A stretch of 32,249 nt of DNA from IMG/VR virus record IMGVR_UViG_3300049441_000045, positions 1 through 32,249 of that record; one strand, written 5' to 3'. The translations under genes and the position numbers were made by a program. The notes beneath the pieces were generated by a model, which was given only the letters and a program-made list of their open reading frames with translations, searched no databases and had not been told where the DNA came from. This document shows, piece after piece, positions 1-8,430 of the stretch. Numbering within the stretch: the stretch's first letter is position 1; each line of letters begins with the position of its first letter. The DNA comes from a virus (taxonomy: Duplodnaviria; Caudoviricetes).

Positions 1-134
1 CGTCGGGCAGCAGTTCGGTGAGGTGGACGGTGTCGTCGGTCCCTGAACCGGCGTCGGGGGAGGCTCTCATCGGTCGCTTCTCTCGGGGATTGTCTGCATC
101 GGCCACGGCTGGGTCGGTGTCGAGCTGAGGAGGC

Positions 135-320
135 TCACGCGCACCGCTGGCTGCACGTCGAGCAGACCACGCGGATGTCGCTGATGTCGTGAATGAGCAG
201 CGCCAGCAGCGTCACGACCCAGCGCGGCCCATCCGGGGTGTGCACCTGGGTCGCCGTCGTGCAGTGGCCGTGCCGAGACATGGTGGCCGCTATCGTGATG
301 GCTTCCCGGCGACTCATCAT
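135..320 (-). CDS. small hypothetical protein (C-terminal CxxC motif)
   Basis: ORF MMSRREAIT...VVCSTCSQRCA, with GGAG upstream of the ATG and an AT-rich promoter-like region at 340-440; start uncertain. Confidence 0.4.
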   Translation of the reverse strand: MMSRREAITIAATMSRHGHCTTATQVHTPDGPRWVVTLLALLIHDISDIRVVCSTCSQRCA

Positions 321-485
321 CGTGACGCGCTCCGATTCTTTGACTACATTCACTGAATAAATCTTTGCCTTACAATTAGTATATCGTTCTTAAACACTAT
401 TTCGTTCCCATTGTGGACGCTATTACAGCCATTGTTTTCGTGGGGGAAATCACACGTTTATGGGCGGGGGTAATATCATGGCGCT

Positions 486-683
486 ATGACAGTGCAGCCT
501 GATCAGCCCCCGTCGTTAGAGCAGCGGCTCCGCGCGGCGGTAGCGGGGCTGTGCGCCGAGATCGGCATCAGCGTGGACGACCTGCCCGAGGGGCCATCAC
601 CGCGAGAGCTGGGCCACGCGCAGGGCTGGCTCCCGGCTGAGCTGGCCGTCGACTGGGTGTGTGACCGTCCGGGCGAGATTTGA
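486..683 (+). CDS. small hypothetical protein, possibly leaderless
   Basis: 65-aa ORF; TATCAT (-10-like) at 474-479 lies 6 nt before the ATG; 3' end overlaps the antisense tRNA-like RNA. Confidence 0.4.
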   Translation: MTVQPDQPPSLEQRLRAAVAGLCAEIGISVDDLPEGPSPRELGHAQGWLPAELAVDWVCDRPGEI

Positions 684-816
684 ACCCGCGAGACATGCCC
701 TTCGGCATGTGTAGGCGTGGATGCCTACCGCCACCGCGAGGGGTGCGCGCGGTCCAGCCGCCTAGAGGCGCTCTAGTCGGGCTGAATCGCCGCTTCGGCC
801 GCTTGCATACCGGACA
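665..816 (-). ncRNA. expanded tRNA-like RNA (~152 nt) with canonical acceptor, D and T arms and four central hairpins
   Basis: Minus strand: acceptor TGTCCGG(816-810)/CCGGACG(672-666); U8-A9; D arm TGC-AAGCGGCCGAA-GCG; T arm GCGGG-TTCAAAT-CTCGC (689-673); hairpins at 754-785, 733-753, 711-728 and 693-710. Confidence 0.7.
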
Positions 817-864
817 GCCCCGAGCACTGTACTGCCCGCCGTGCTCACCGGGGGCGCAGTTTCC

Positions 865-1449
865 TCACGCCGAGTCGGCGGCGGTGAAGTGGAACTCGCG
901 GGTCTCCCGTGACGAGCCATCACCGAACTCGATCTGGCGGGACCCGATCTCCGACGCCCAGCCTGTTGCCACGGTGATGCGGCCCGCGCCGGAGGGCCAC
1001 CGCAGCTCGGCTTCGGTGCGCGCGGCCCACGGTGCGTTCGACGGCTCCGCCTCGGTGGTGAGGACCCAGTAGCCGGGCGCAGTGATCACCGTCGTGGTGC
1101 CGGTGGTGAACCCGGGCACCACCTCCGTTCCGCACGCGATGCAGTGCCACACCGGCTGGTCGTAGCCGCCGCAGTCGGCGTAACCGCAGGTCGCGTCGCA
1201 GTCGACGTGCCGAAGGGAGCTGACCAGCGTCGGTGTCGCCGCCTCCCGGTCGGCGTCCTGAGTCGAGTGGTCCGCGCGGATCCACCACCGGTGCTGGTGG
1301 CCGTGGCTGTCGGTGTGCCGCCACTTCGGGTCGGGGACCTGGCCGGTCAGGTGCGCCACCTCGGGGGCCACCGGCAGCAGGTCAGTCACCCGCATGGTGG
1401 GACCGTCCGCGACACGCAGCGTCCCACCCGTGATCACAGTGCTGGCCAT
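865..1449 (-). CDS. hypothetical protein with Cys-rich putative zinc-binding motif
   Basis: 194-aa ORF with GAGGAG RBS; motif CDATCGYADC...WHCIACG. Confidence 0.65.
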   Translation of the reverse strand: MASTVITGGTLRVADGPTMRVTDLLPVAPEVAHLTGQVPDPKWRHTDSHGHQHRWWIRADHSTQDADREAATPTLVSSLRHVDCDATCGYADCGGYDQPVWHCIACGTEVVPGFTTGTTTVITAPGYWVLTTEAEPSNAPWAARTEAELRWPSGAGRITVATGWASEIGSRQIEFGDGSSRETREFHFTAADSA

Positions 1450-1571
1450 GGCCGACTCCTCGGTAGCGCGATGGCTCGCTGGGGTGACGCTAGTTCTGCT
1501 CGTTCCAGGATTACCACACCGTCGCAGGGGGGATGGTCCGCCATGGCGCCACCGTAATCCTCAGCCCGGTC

Positions 1572-1638
1572 GGGTGATTAATCGGCTTCGGCGATTAATC
1601 CCGCCGCCGGATTAATCGCGAATCGCGATTAATCACCC
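1572..1638. repeat. array of four GATTAATC palindromes at 17-bp period in nested inverted symmetry; candidate recombination site
   Basis: GATTAATC at 1576, 1593, 1610 and 1627; outer IR GGGTGATTAATCG/CGATTAATCACCC; inner IR GCGATTAATCC/GGATTAATCGC; abuts the recombinase stop codon. Confidence 0.8.
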
Positions 1639-3093
1639 CGCGTCGTGGCCGCGGCGCCGTTCCTCGCGCCGCTCGACCGCGTCGGGGTACCGGGCGGCTT
1701 CGGCGAGGCCGCCGCGGGCCTGGGTGAGCAGGTCCCCGGCCGGGTCTTCCAGCACCCTCCCGACCCGGAACGGCCCGGGGTACGCCATACGGCACCGCCG
1801 GCAGTACGGCACCAGGCGGTACGCGCCGGGCTCGGGCTCCTCGGTGATCACACACACCGCGGTCTGGTCGACCCCGACCGGGGACAGGTCGACGTGCAAC
1901 TCGGGCCAGGTGGGGGTGCAGTCACACACCGCGGCCACCGGCGGCGCCATCCGCCGCTCGGCCCGCAGCGGCCCGAGCCGGTTCTCCGCCGGGTAGTCCT
2001 CGAACGCCGTCGACACCCGGATGGCCGGGTCGTGCTCGCGGGCCCATTCGGTCCGGTCGTAGCGTTGGGTGGTGACGGCACTGGAGTGACCGAGCCCGAC
2101 CTGCCGTTCCTCCAGGCTGGCGCCGAGGTTGCGGGCCAGGGTGTTGAAAAACGGCCGCATGTCCCGGCTGCACACACAGGTCGCGAACGGCAACCGCGCC
2201 GCGGTCGCCGACCGGCGCAGCAGCCGCAGCAGGTCATCCGGGTTGAGCCTGGTCCGGCGGCGGGGGTGCACGAACAACGGGTCCGCGCCGTACGGGTCGG
2301 GCACCTCGCCCGGTTCGGGTTCCACCCGCAACGTCAGGTAGGTCGCGAAGTCGCTGGCCATGTCCGGCGGCAGCCACCGGGGCAGCGTCGCCCCACCCTT
2401 GACCGGCACCGCGAGCTCGTAACCACCGGCGTGGTCGTCGGCGGCGCCGGACAGGTTCAGCCGGCACGCGTCACCGGGCCGCAACCCCATCCTGGCCATC
2501 ACCGCGACCAGCAACTTGCCCAGCACCCCGCCCAGGAGGTGATCCGCCCGGGCCGCGAGGACGAGCTGGTTGATGTGCGACACCGTCAGCCGGGTGCCGG
2601 TGCGGGGGTGTTTGTCCACCGCCGGGCGTTTGAGGCTGGCGAACGGGTTACGGGTCCACTCCGGCCGGGCGTCGGACAGCGTCGCGTAGCCGATCAGCGA
2701 CGAGCAGGCCGACAGGATCTGGTTACGCCGGCTCGGTCCGCGCACCCGCAGGGTGTCGGCTGAGGGGGTGTCGGCCAGCCACGACGCGAACCGGCTGGCC
2801 TGCGGCCGGGTGATCAGCAGCGGGTCCACCTGCTCGGCTGAGCACCACGCCACATACACCGACAGGCTCGACGCGTAGGTGTCCCCGGTCGCGGAGCTGG
2901 TGGCGTAGTGCTCCAGCAAAAAACCCTCCAGGATCTCGGCGAGCAGCCCGCTGGAGGTGGCCGTGGGCGCGACGAGGACCCGTTCGGGGGGTTCCAGGAA
3001 ATCGGTGGTGGTCGGCAGGCAGGCCGTGGCGGCGGCCCGGGTCAGGGTGGCCAGGCGACCCCGGGCGGGGCGGGCGGGCTGATTCACCGACAT
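1633..3093 (-). CDS. tyrosine recombinase (XerC/D / integrase family) with C-terminal Cys-rich extension
   Basis: SAM-like core-binding region (TGDTYASSLSVYVAWC); catalytic motifs GLRPGD (R), VKGG (K), SRDMR (HxxR variant), LGHSSAVTTQRY (H/Y); GGAGG RBS. Confidence 0.9.
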   Translation of the reverse strand: MSVNQPARPARGRLATLTRAAATACLPTTTDFLEPPERVLVAPTATSSGLLAEILEGFLLEHYATSSATGDTYASSLSVYVAWCSAEQVDPLLITRPQASRFASWLADTPSADTLRVRGPSRRNQILSACSSLIGYATLSDARPEWTRNPFASLKRPAVDKHPRTGTRLTVSHINQLVLAARADHLLGGVLGKLLVAVMARMGLRPGDACRLNLSGAADDHAGGYELAVPVKGGATLPRWLPPDMASDFATYLTLRVEPEPGEVPDPYGADPLFVHPRRRTRLNPDDLLRLLRRSATAARLPFATCVCSRDMRPFFNTLARNLGASLEERQVGLGHSSAVTTQRYDRTEWAREHDPAIRVSTAFEDYPAENRLGPLRAERRMAPPVAAVCDCTPTWPELHVDLSPVGVDQTAVCVITEEPEPGAYRLVPYCRRCRMAYPGPFRVGRVLEDPAGDLLTQARGGLAEAARYPDAVERREERRRGHDAG

Positions 3094-3152
3094 CCTCCGG
3101 GTTATTAGACCTTCACCGAGGCCGTGAACCTTTTTTCTCGGCCTCCGGCAGC

Positions 3153-3212
3153 ACCGGCCCGGCCCGACCCGACCCGGTTCGGGTCGGAGCGGAGCGGGCG
3201 GGTCAGGTCAGG
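3153..3212. repeat. degenerate pentamer run with central hairpin, between portal stop and recombinase start (possible terminator)
   Basis: ccggc-ccggc-ccgac-ccgac-ccggt-tcggg-tcgga-gcgga...caggt-caggt; CCGACCCG/CGGGTCGG stem. Confidence 0.4.
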
Positions 3213-5966
3213 TCAAACGGGCACAAGGTCACGGCGGCGCTGCGCCGGTGGCGGTTCCGGCTCGGGCTGCCCACCCGGGGACGCCGGGGGCGCCGGGGTC
3301 TGCCCGGGCTCGGGCTGGCCACCTTCCTCTTCCGGGACCCCACCTTCCGGGGTCTCACCCTCGTCGGCGGTAGTGCCTTCGTCGTCGGGGGCGTCGGCTT
3401 CGTCGAACGCGAGTTCCCGGCGGGCGGCGCGCGGGCTGATGATCGGCGGGGTGGACGTCGCGGCGGCGATGACCACGTTCGACCGGTCGGGGCGCTGGGT
3501 GATAGCCGACGCGTCCCACCACACGCACATCGTCTCCGGGTCCGGCACCTTCGCCGCCCGTAACGCCGGCCACAGGATCTTCAACGTGATCGCCACACAA
3601 ATCTGGCTGATCAGCGGACCGATGTGGGCGCGGACCGCGTCGTCTTGTACCGCCCACGCTGAGTTGCCGGTGTAGAAGACGGTGCCCTCGTGCCGCGCCA
3701 GCCAGGTCCCGTTAGCGGTGGTCGGACACCAGATCGTCCCGCTGTGAGTCCGTTCGTCGAGGTTACGGCCCCGGGGGGCGAACGTGGTCCGCCGGCTCAT
3801 CGCGAGCACATGCTGGGTCTTGGGTCGCGGACCGGTGGCGGTGGCCCCGTCGCTGGTGTGGTCGTAGCGGTAGGTCGAGCGCCCGGAGAGGATCGCGGCC
3901 AGTTCCAGCGCGTCGAGCATCGCCGGGTTCTTCTGGCTGATGATCGGGGTCCGGGCGGTTCCCAGGTAGTGGCCGTCGCCGCGGATGGCCGTGTCGATGA
4001 ACAGCTCCAGCTGCGCCGCGGTGAGCTCGCGCACGAAGCTCGGTGGAACCACCCGCGCCGGGGCGTGCGCCAGGATCTGCTCGGCGGCGGCGGCGTTGAG
4101 GACGAACCGGGTCATGCCGTTGGGGAGCTGCAGGGTCCGCCAGCGCGGCATCTCGTCACGGACCCGGGCGTCGCGCCGCAGGTACTGGTAGATCATTGTC
4201 TCGCTCACCCGCAGCCGCGCGGCGATGGCAGCCACCTTCACGCCCTGGTGGCGCAGCTGCCGCGCTCGGGCCCGCCGCGCGACCGACTCGCCGGTGGCGT
4301 AGCGACCGCCCTTGTCGAGGGTGGTGGACTCGGGTCCGTAGAGAGTGCTCAGCGCCCGCCGGATCCGCGCGACGTTGTCCGGGTTGATCCGGTGCGACTG
4401 GTAGAGGGTCACCTGCGGGACGCGGCGGCCTGCGCGCGGGTCGGCCCGGCCCTCGGTGAAGAACCAGGCCAGCAGCTCCACGAACGCGTCGTCGTACTTC
4501 GCGGTGGTCGGCAGGTCCGCGTGCGGCGCCGAGAGCGTGAGGTAGTCGTAGCGTTGCTGGTCGGGATCCGGGGAGCCCTGGGCGAGCAGGTCACCGCTGG
4601 TGGTCCAGCGTCGGTGCTGATGGTCGCGCCCGTGCAGAATCGGCCAGCGATGGGCGCGGGTGGTCACCGACGAGTGACGGCGTCCGGTGATCGCGACCAT
4701 GGGCTCGTCGGTGACGTGCCAGGTGTTCACCGCGAGCAGCGGCTGCCACTCGGACAGCCCGGTGTCGTGGTTGAGGGTCAGCACCAGCTCGCCGACCGAA
4801 AGCTGGTCGTGAGTCTTCCAGCCTCCAGCCGTCATGATTTCTACATCAGGCAGCGTGCACCAGTGGTTGAGGTCGTCGACACCGAGGACGACGGAGGCGG
4901 GGATGTCGAGGTCGGCGGCCAGGGTCCGGCGGGCGGCTTCGCGGAGCACGGGTAGCTGCGCGTCGAACGGGGTGGAGAACGTGAGGTGTTTGAGGTTCGC
5001 GATGGTCTCGTCCGCGACCCGGAACATGATCGGCAGGCAGGCGGACGGGTCGTCGGGGTTGGCGATGGCCCGTTTGGCGGCCTCGAAGAACGCCTGCACG
5101 AAGGGGTCGACCTGGAGGTTGGCGCCTTCACTGCCGGCGGCCTGCATCAGGGTCGCGGACTCCGGGATCGGGAACACCCCAGCCCCGACGAGCCGGCTCT
5201 GGATGTCGGCCCCGACCCGGCGGGACAAACCTTTGAGCTCGTCGAGGGTTTCCAGGGCGGCCTCGAACGCGGAGGTCGCGTAGGTGGCGTCTTCGGGGTC
5301 GGGGCTGTAGATGGGGACGAACGCGACCTTGTCGGCGGGCAGCTGCACCCACCCGTCAGCGGCCATCGCCGGGTGGTCGGGCAGTTTGAGCCGCACCGTT
5401 TTCTCGGTGGCCTGCTGCCATTCCTTGCGGGACACCACCGACCAGCGGGTCTTCTCCGGTTCCCCGGCGGGGACGGTGGGGTCGGGGTAGCCCACCAGCC
5501 ACGTCGCGCCGGGGACCAGCAGGTGGATGGCGAGGCGTTTGAGCATCGCGGCCTGCCCGATCGGGCCGTCGTGCAGCTCGGCGAGGACGTCCCCGGCGAT
5601 GCCGGGTTCGAGGACCGGGTCGGGGTCGGTGTTCGCGGCGCGGGGGACCTCACCGATGTAGAGGTGGCAGCGGGACACCGCCGACGCGAGCCACCCCACC
5701 GCCTGGCGGGCCTCGCCGCAGTGCCGGTAGTAGCCCCACGCCTGCGCCTCCCACTCGGCGGGGAACGGGGGCCGCTGGTTCAGCGGTGGGCCGGTGTCGG
5801 CGATGCTGGGGACCTGCCCGGCGGCGGTCAGCGCGACCCGGGGAGCCGACGCCGCCACCGACAGCGCCGGGGGCGCCCACAGCGGCTGCGTCAGCGTCGG
5901 CGGCAGAGGTGGGGTGGGGACGAAGTAGCGGGTGAGCCGGTCCAGGACGGAGCCCATCAGGCTCAC
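3213..5966 (-). CDS. phage portal protein (actinophage type) containing an intein
   Basis: Motifs EWEAQAWGYY, SRLVGAGV, LDIPASVVLG..NHW|SAW and WWDASAITQRPDRS recall actinophage portals; downstream of terminase genes; GTG at 5966 overlaps the upstream stop (alternative ATG 5957). Confidence 0.8.
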   Translation of the reverse strand: MSLMGSVLDRLTRYFVPTPPLPPTLTQPLWAPPALSVAASAPRVALTAAGQVPSIADTGPPLNQRPPFPAEWEAQAWGYYRHCGEARQAVGWLASAVSRCHLYIGEVPRAANTDPDPVLEPGIAGDVLAELHDGPIGQAAMLKRLAIHLLVPGATWLVGYPDPTVPAGEPEKTRWSVVSRKEWQQATEKTVRLKLPDHPAMAADGWVQLPADKVAFVPIYSPDPEDATYATSAFEAALETLDELKGLSRRVGADIQSRLVGAGVFPIPESATLMQAAGSEGANLQVDPFVQAFFEAAKRAIANPDDPSACLPIMFRVADETIANLKHLTFSTPFDAQLPVLREAARRTLAADLDIPASVVLGVDDLNHWCTLPDVEIMTAGGWKTHDQLSVGELVLTLNHDTGLSEWQPLLAVNTWHVTDEPMVAITGRRHSSVTTRAHRWPILHGRDHQHRRWTTSGDLLAQGSPDPDQQRYDYLTLSAPHADLPTTAKYDDAFVELLAWFFTEGRADPRAGRRVPQVTLYQSHRINPDNVARIRRALSTLYGPESTTLDKGGRYATGESVARRARARQLRHQGVKVAAIAARLRVSETMIYQYLRRDARVRDEMPRWRTLQLPNGMTRFVLNAAAAEQILAHAPARVVPPSFVRELTAAQLELFIDTAIRGDGHYLGTARTPIISQKNPAMLDALELAAILSGRSTYRYDHTSDGATATGPRPKTQHVLAMSRRTTFAPRGRNLDERTHSGTIWCPTTANGTWLARHEGTVFYTGNSAWAVQDDAVRAHIGPLISQICVAITLKILWPALRAAKVPDPETMCVWWDASAITQRPDRSNVVIAAATSTPPIISPRAARRELAFDEADAPDDEGTTADEGETPEGGVPEEEGGQPEPGQTPAPPASPGGQPEPEPPPAQRRRDLVPV
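3663..4859 (-). mobile_element. intein (399 aa) with LAGLIDADG-like homing endonuclease region
   Basis: N-terminal CTLPDVEIMTAGGWK (block A); TRAH (block B TxxH); LLAWFFTEG and FIDTAIRGDG helices; C-terminal IWCPTTANGTWLARHEGTVFYTGN followed by Ser+1; excision restores NHW-SAW. Confidence 0.9.
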
Positions 5967-6811
5967 CTGCCTCTCGTCGACAGCGGGCCGGGGATCGGCC
6001 GGGCGCCGGGCCCGGGGCGGGGCAGCACAGCGGGCTGGGCTGTGCCCTGAGCGCGGGGGTGACCGAGGCGCTGCGCCCGGTCCAGGGCTTGGGCCGGGTC
6101 CAGGCCGAGTTCGATCTGCCAGGCCCGGGCGGCTCGTTCGACCGCGCGGGCGCGGGCGGCGGCGGTCGGCGCCGCCGGTGGCAGCAACACCGCGGCGCCC
6201 AGGCAGGACAACGCCACCGGCAGCGCGAGGGCGTCGGTGTCGTCGGTGCGCCATTCGTCGTCGGCGTCCCGGCCGGGTTTGACCCGCCGGCCGGTGTACT
6301 GGGCCACCGCGTCGTACTGGGTGGCGGTCAGGGTGATGGTGTGCTCACCGAGGCGGGCGGCCAGCAGGTCCCGCAGCTTCTTTCGGCTGACCAGGCCCCG
6401 TCCGGCGCCGGTCTGCTCCCCGGCGTAGTCCCCGATCTGCACGAGGCGCCGCCGCCACGGCGGGTTGTACCAGCGGTCCAGGTGGGTCCGCACCTCCCGG
6501 CGGCCCACCGGGGACAGCACCGTCACCCCGATGACCACCACCGGGCTGATCCGCCAGTACTCCGGATACGCCTCGGCGAGGGCCTCCAGGTAGTCGAGCT
6601 GATCGCCCAGGGTGGCCTCGTCGGGCAGGAGTGTCGCGGTGTGCGCGTGCAGCACCCCACCGTCGTGGTACCAGAACATCGAGCTGGTGGCGCCCCGGTG
6701 CCCGTAGAGGCCGATGTCCAGGGCCAGGACCCGCGCGTCGGGGGCGTCGGGGGCGTCGGTGATCGCGTCCGTCACCGAAATCGGGGCCGGGGCCGGGCCG
6801 GGGGCGGTCAC
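5963..6811 (-). CDS. degenerate RNase H-like terminase nuclease-domain protein
   Basis: VLALDIG first strand and a C-terminal DDTDALALPVAL; middle acidic residue apparently lost (VIGVT); GTGA-coupled to the terminase ATPase gene. Confidence 0.55.
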   Translation of the reverse strand: MTAPGPAPAPISVTDAITDAPDAPDARVLALDIGLYGHRGATSSMFWYHDGGVLHAHTATLLPDEATLGDQLDYLEALAEAYPEYWRISPVVVIGVTVLSPVGRREVRTHLDRWYNPPWRRRLVQIGDYAGEQTGAGRGLVSRKKLRDLLAARLGEHTITLTATQYDAVAQYTGRRVKPGRDADDEWRTDDTDALALPVALSCLGAAVLLPPAAPTAAARARAVERAARAWQIELGLDPAQALDRAQRLGHPRAQGTAQPAVLPRPGPGARPIPGPLSTRGR

Positions 6812-7620
6812 GACGCCGCCGCCGTCTGGTACCGCTCCCGGTTGCGGCGCATGATCTCCAGCGGGTCGGGCAGGGCGCCGGGGGTGGGGGCGGGGCGCAA
6901 CGCGGCGGCCAGGTCGGAGGCGTTGAACAGCCCGTAGGTCGCGGACTGGAACGCGCACTCGTACTCGGTGGCGAACCGTTCCCGCGACATCGACGCCCGC
7001 TGCCCGACGATGAACTCCGCGCTGATCCGGCTGACGTCGGTGTAGGGGACCTCCATCCGCAGCCACCCGTCGGCGCCCTTCCCGGACCACTCGGCCCAGT
7101 ACCAGCCCTGTTGCCCGTTCGGGGTGCTGATCGCGATCAGGTCACCGCCGGTCGCGGCCAGCATCGGCAGGCACGCCGTGTACAGGGACTCGGTGGTGTA
7201 CGCCGCCTCGTCGATGATCAGCAGGTGGGGGCTGTACCCGCGGACGGTGTCGGCGTGGCCGGGCAGGGCGTAGAGCACCGACCCGTTGCCCAGTTCCAGG
7301 CTCAGCGTGTTGTCCCGGACCAGGTCGATGCCCATCGCCTGGGCGAAGCGGCGGACCTTGCGGATCAGCAACGCGGACTGCCGCTGGGTGGGGGACACCG
7401 CGACGACTTCGGAGCGGGGCACGGTGTTCGCCCGGTGCAGGCCCATCGCGGCGCCGGTGCTGGACTTGCCGGCCTGCCGGGAGGTGGTGACCAGCGCGCG
7501 GTGGGGTTGGCGGCGCAGCAGCCGGGCCTGCCACCGGTCCGGGACCATCCCCGCTTTGCGCATCACCCGGGTCGCGTCGCGGCGGGCGACGAACTCGGAG
7601 AGCTGCGTGACGGTCGCCAC
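6808..7620 (-). CDS. terminase large subunit, stand-alone ATPase domain
   Basis: PDRWQ adenine-binding motif, Walker A SRQAGKS, Walker B LLIIDEAA, coupling motif ISTP; ends shortly after the EYECAF linker. Confidence 0.9.
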   Translation of the reverse strand: MATVTQLSEFVARRDATRVMRKAGMVPDRWQARLLRRQPHRALVTTSRQAGKSSTGAAMGLHRANTVPRSEVVAVSPTQRQSALLIRKVRRFAQAMGIDLVRDNTLSLELGNGSVLYALPGHADTVRGYSPHLLIIDEAAYTTESLYTACLPMLAATGGDLIAISTPNGQQGWYWAEWSGKGADGWLRMEVPYTDVSRISAEFIVGQRASMSRERFATEYECAFQSATYGLFNASDLAAALRPAPTPGALPDPLEIMRRNRERYQTAAAS

Positions 7621-7623
7621 GGG

Positions 7624-8226
7624 CTAGGACCCCGGCCCCGGCGGCGGGTCGCCCTCGCTGCCGCCGCTGGTGTCGTCGGGTTCCTGGTCGGGGTCGGTGG
7701 CGGCGCCCAACGCGTCCAGGACGGCGTCGTGGGCGTCGGGGAACTCCACCGCCAACCGGTCCAGGACCAGGCCCAACGCGTCGACTTCCCGGGACCCGGC
7801 GGCGGCCGCCGAAATCTTGATGAGGTCCGCCACGCCCGGTTCTTTGATCACCCGGAGGGCGGCGGTCGCGGCGGCCAGCGCCCGGTCGGCGGGGATCTTG
7901 GAAAGGTCGGCGGTGACCGCGTGCGCGGACAGCAACGCGAACGCCTGAGCGAAGGGCACCAGCCCGGTCTCGACGACTTCGGCGAAGCGGGCGGCGAGCT
8001 GGCGGGAGTTCTCCGCCTGGTACTCGGCGAGACGTTCGGTCCACTTGTTGCGCCGCGCCGCGCGGGTCACCACCGCCGCGGAGACCTCGAACACCTCGGC
8101 GACGCGGGAATAGGAGCGGCGGTGCCCTTCGTTGCGCCAGTGCAGGAACCAGTCGTGCTGTTCGCCGCTCTCCCCGATCTGCCGGTCCCACGAGTCCCGG
8201 TCGGTGGCGTACCGGAAGCTCGACAC
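7624..8226 (-). CDS. putative terminase small subunit (HTH)
   Basis: WDRQIGES...F..WR..G..RSYSRVA...KWTER pattern; first gene of the packaging operon; GGAGG RBS. Confidence 0.65.
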   Translation of the reverse strand: MSSFRYATDRDSWDRQIGESGEQHDWFLHWRNEGHRRSYSRVAEVFEVSAAVVTRAARRNKWTERLAEYQAENSRQLAARFAEVVETGLVPFAQAFALLSAHAVTADLSKIPADRALAAATAALRVIKEPGVADLIKISAAAAGSREVDALGLVLDRLAVEFPDAHDAVLDALGAATDPDQEPDDTSGGSEGDPPPGPGS

Positions 8227-8325
8227 GTCGGCCCTCCGGTGACGTCGCGGCGGCTGCCGGCGGCCACTGCGTTAACGCCAGACCCGGTGGTGATCACCGT
8301 GAGTGTAGGCTGCGGGTCGCCCCCT

Positions 8326-8397
8326 GCGTCGGTGGTGTAGTGGTAACACGGTCACTGTCCAGGTGGCTGCCGTTAGGTTCGATTCCTGCCCGACGCT
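8326..8397 (+). tRNA. non-canonical tRNA-Gly (anticodon TCC), no encoded CCA
   Basis: Acceptor GCGTCGG/CCGACGC; D stem GTGT/ACAC with AGTGGTA loop; anticodon stem GTCAC/GTGGC with loop TG-TCC-AG (8358-8360); T arm TTAGG-TTCGATT-CCTGC; U73. Confidence 0.85.
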
Positions 8398-8430
8398 CGC
8401 GCCCCGCCCGGAAGGGGGGGTCAGTCCCCG

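Noticed and set aside
665-690. T-arm/acceptor segment as a simple attP/attR tRNA 3' duplication for the nearby recombinase
   Set aside because: The matching 5' acceptor strand and D arm are present and pair with it, which a 3'-only att duplication would not give; a hybrid att origin cannot be fully excluded without the host genome
1572-1638. CRISPR or mini-CRISPR array (also considered for the 41-bp repeat at 31860/32092)
   Set aside because: Repeat and spacer sizes (8/9 bp; two copies with a 191-bp gap) do not fit, and there are no cas genes
5967-6254. N-terminal extension of the portal ORF as given in the ORF track
   Set aside because: Overlaps the upstream gene and is low-complexity; the coupled GTG at 5966 with an RBS is the more plausible start
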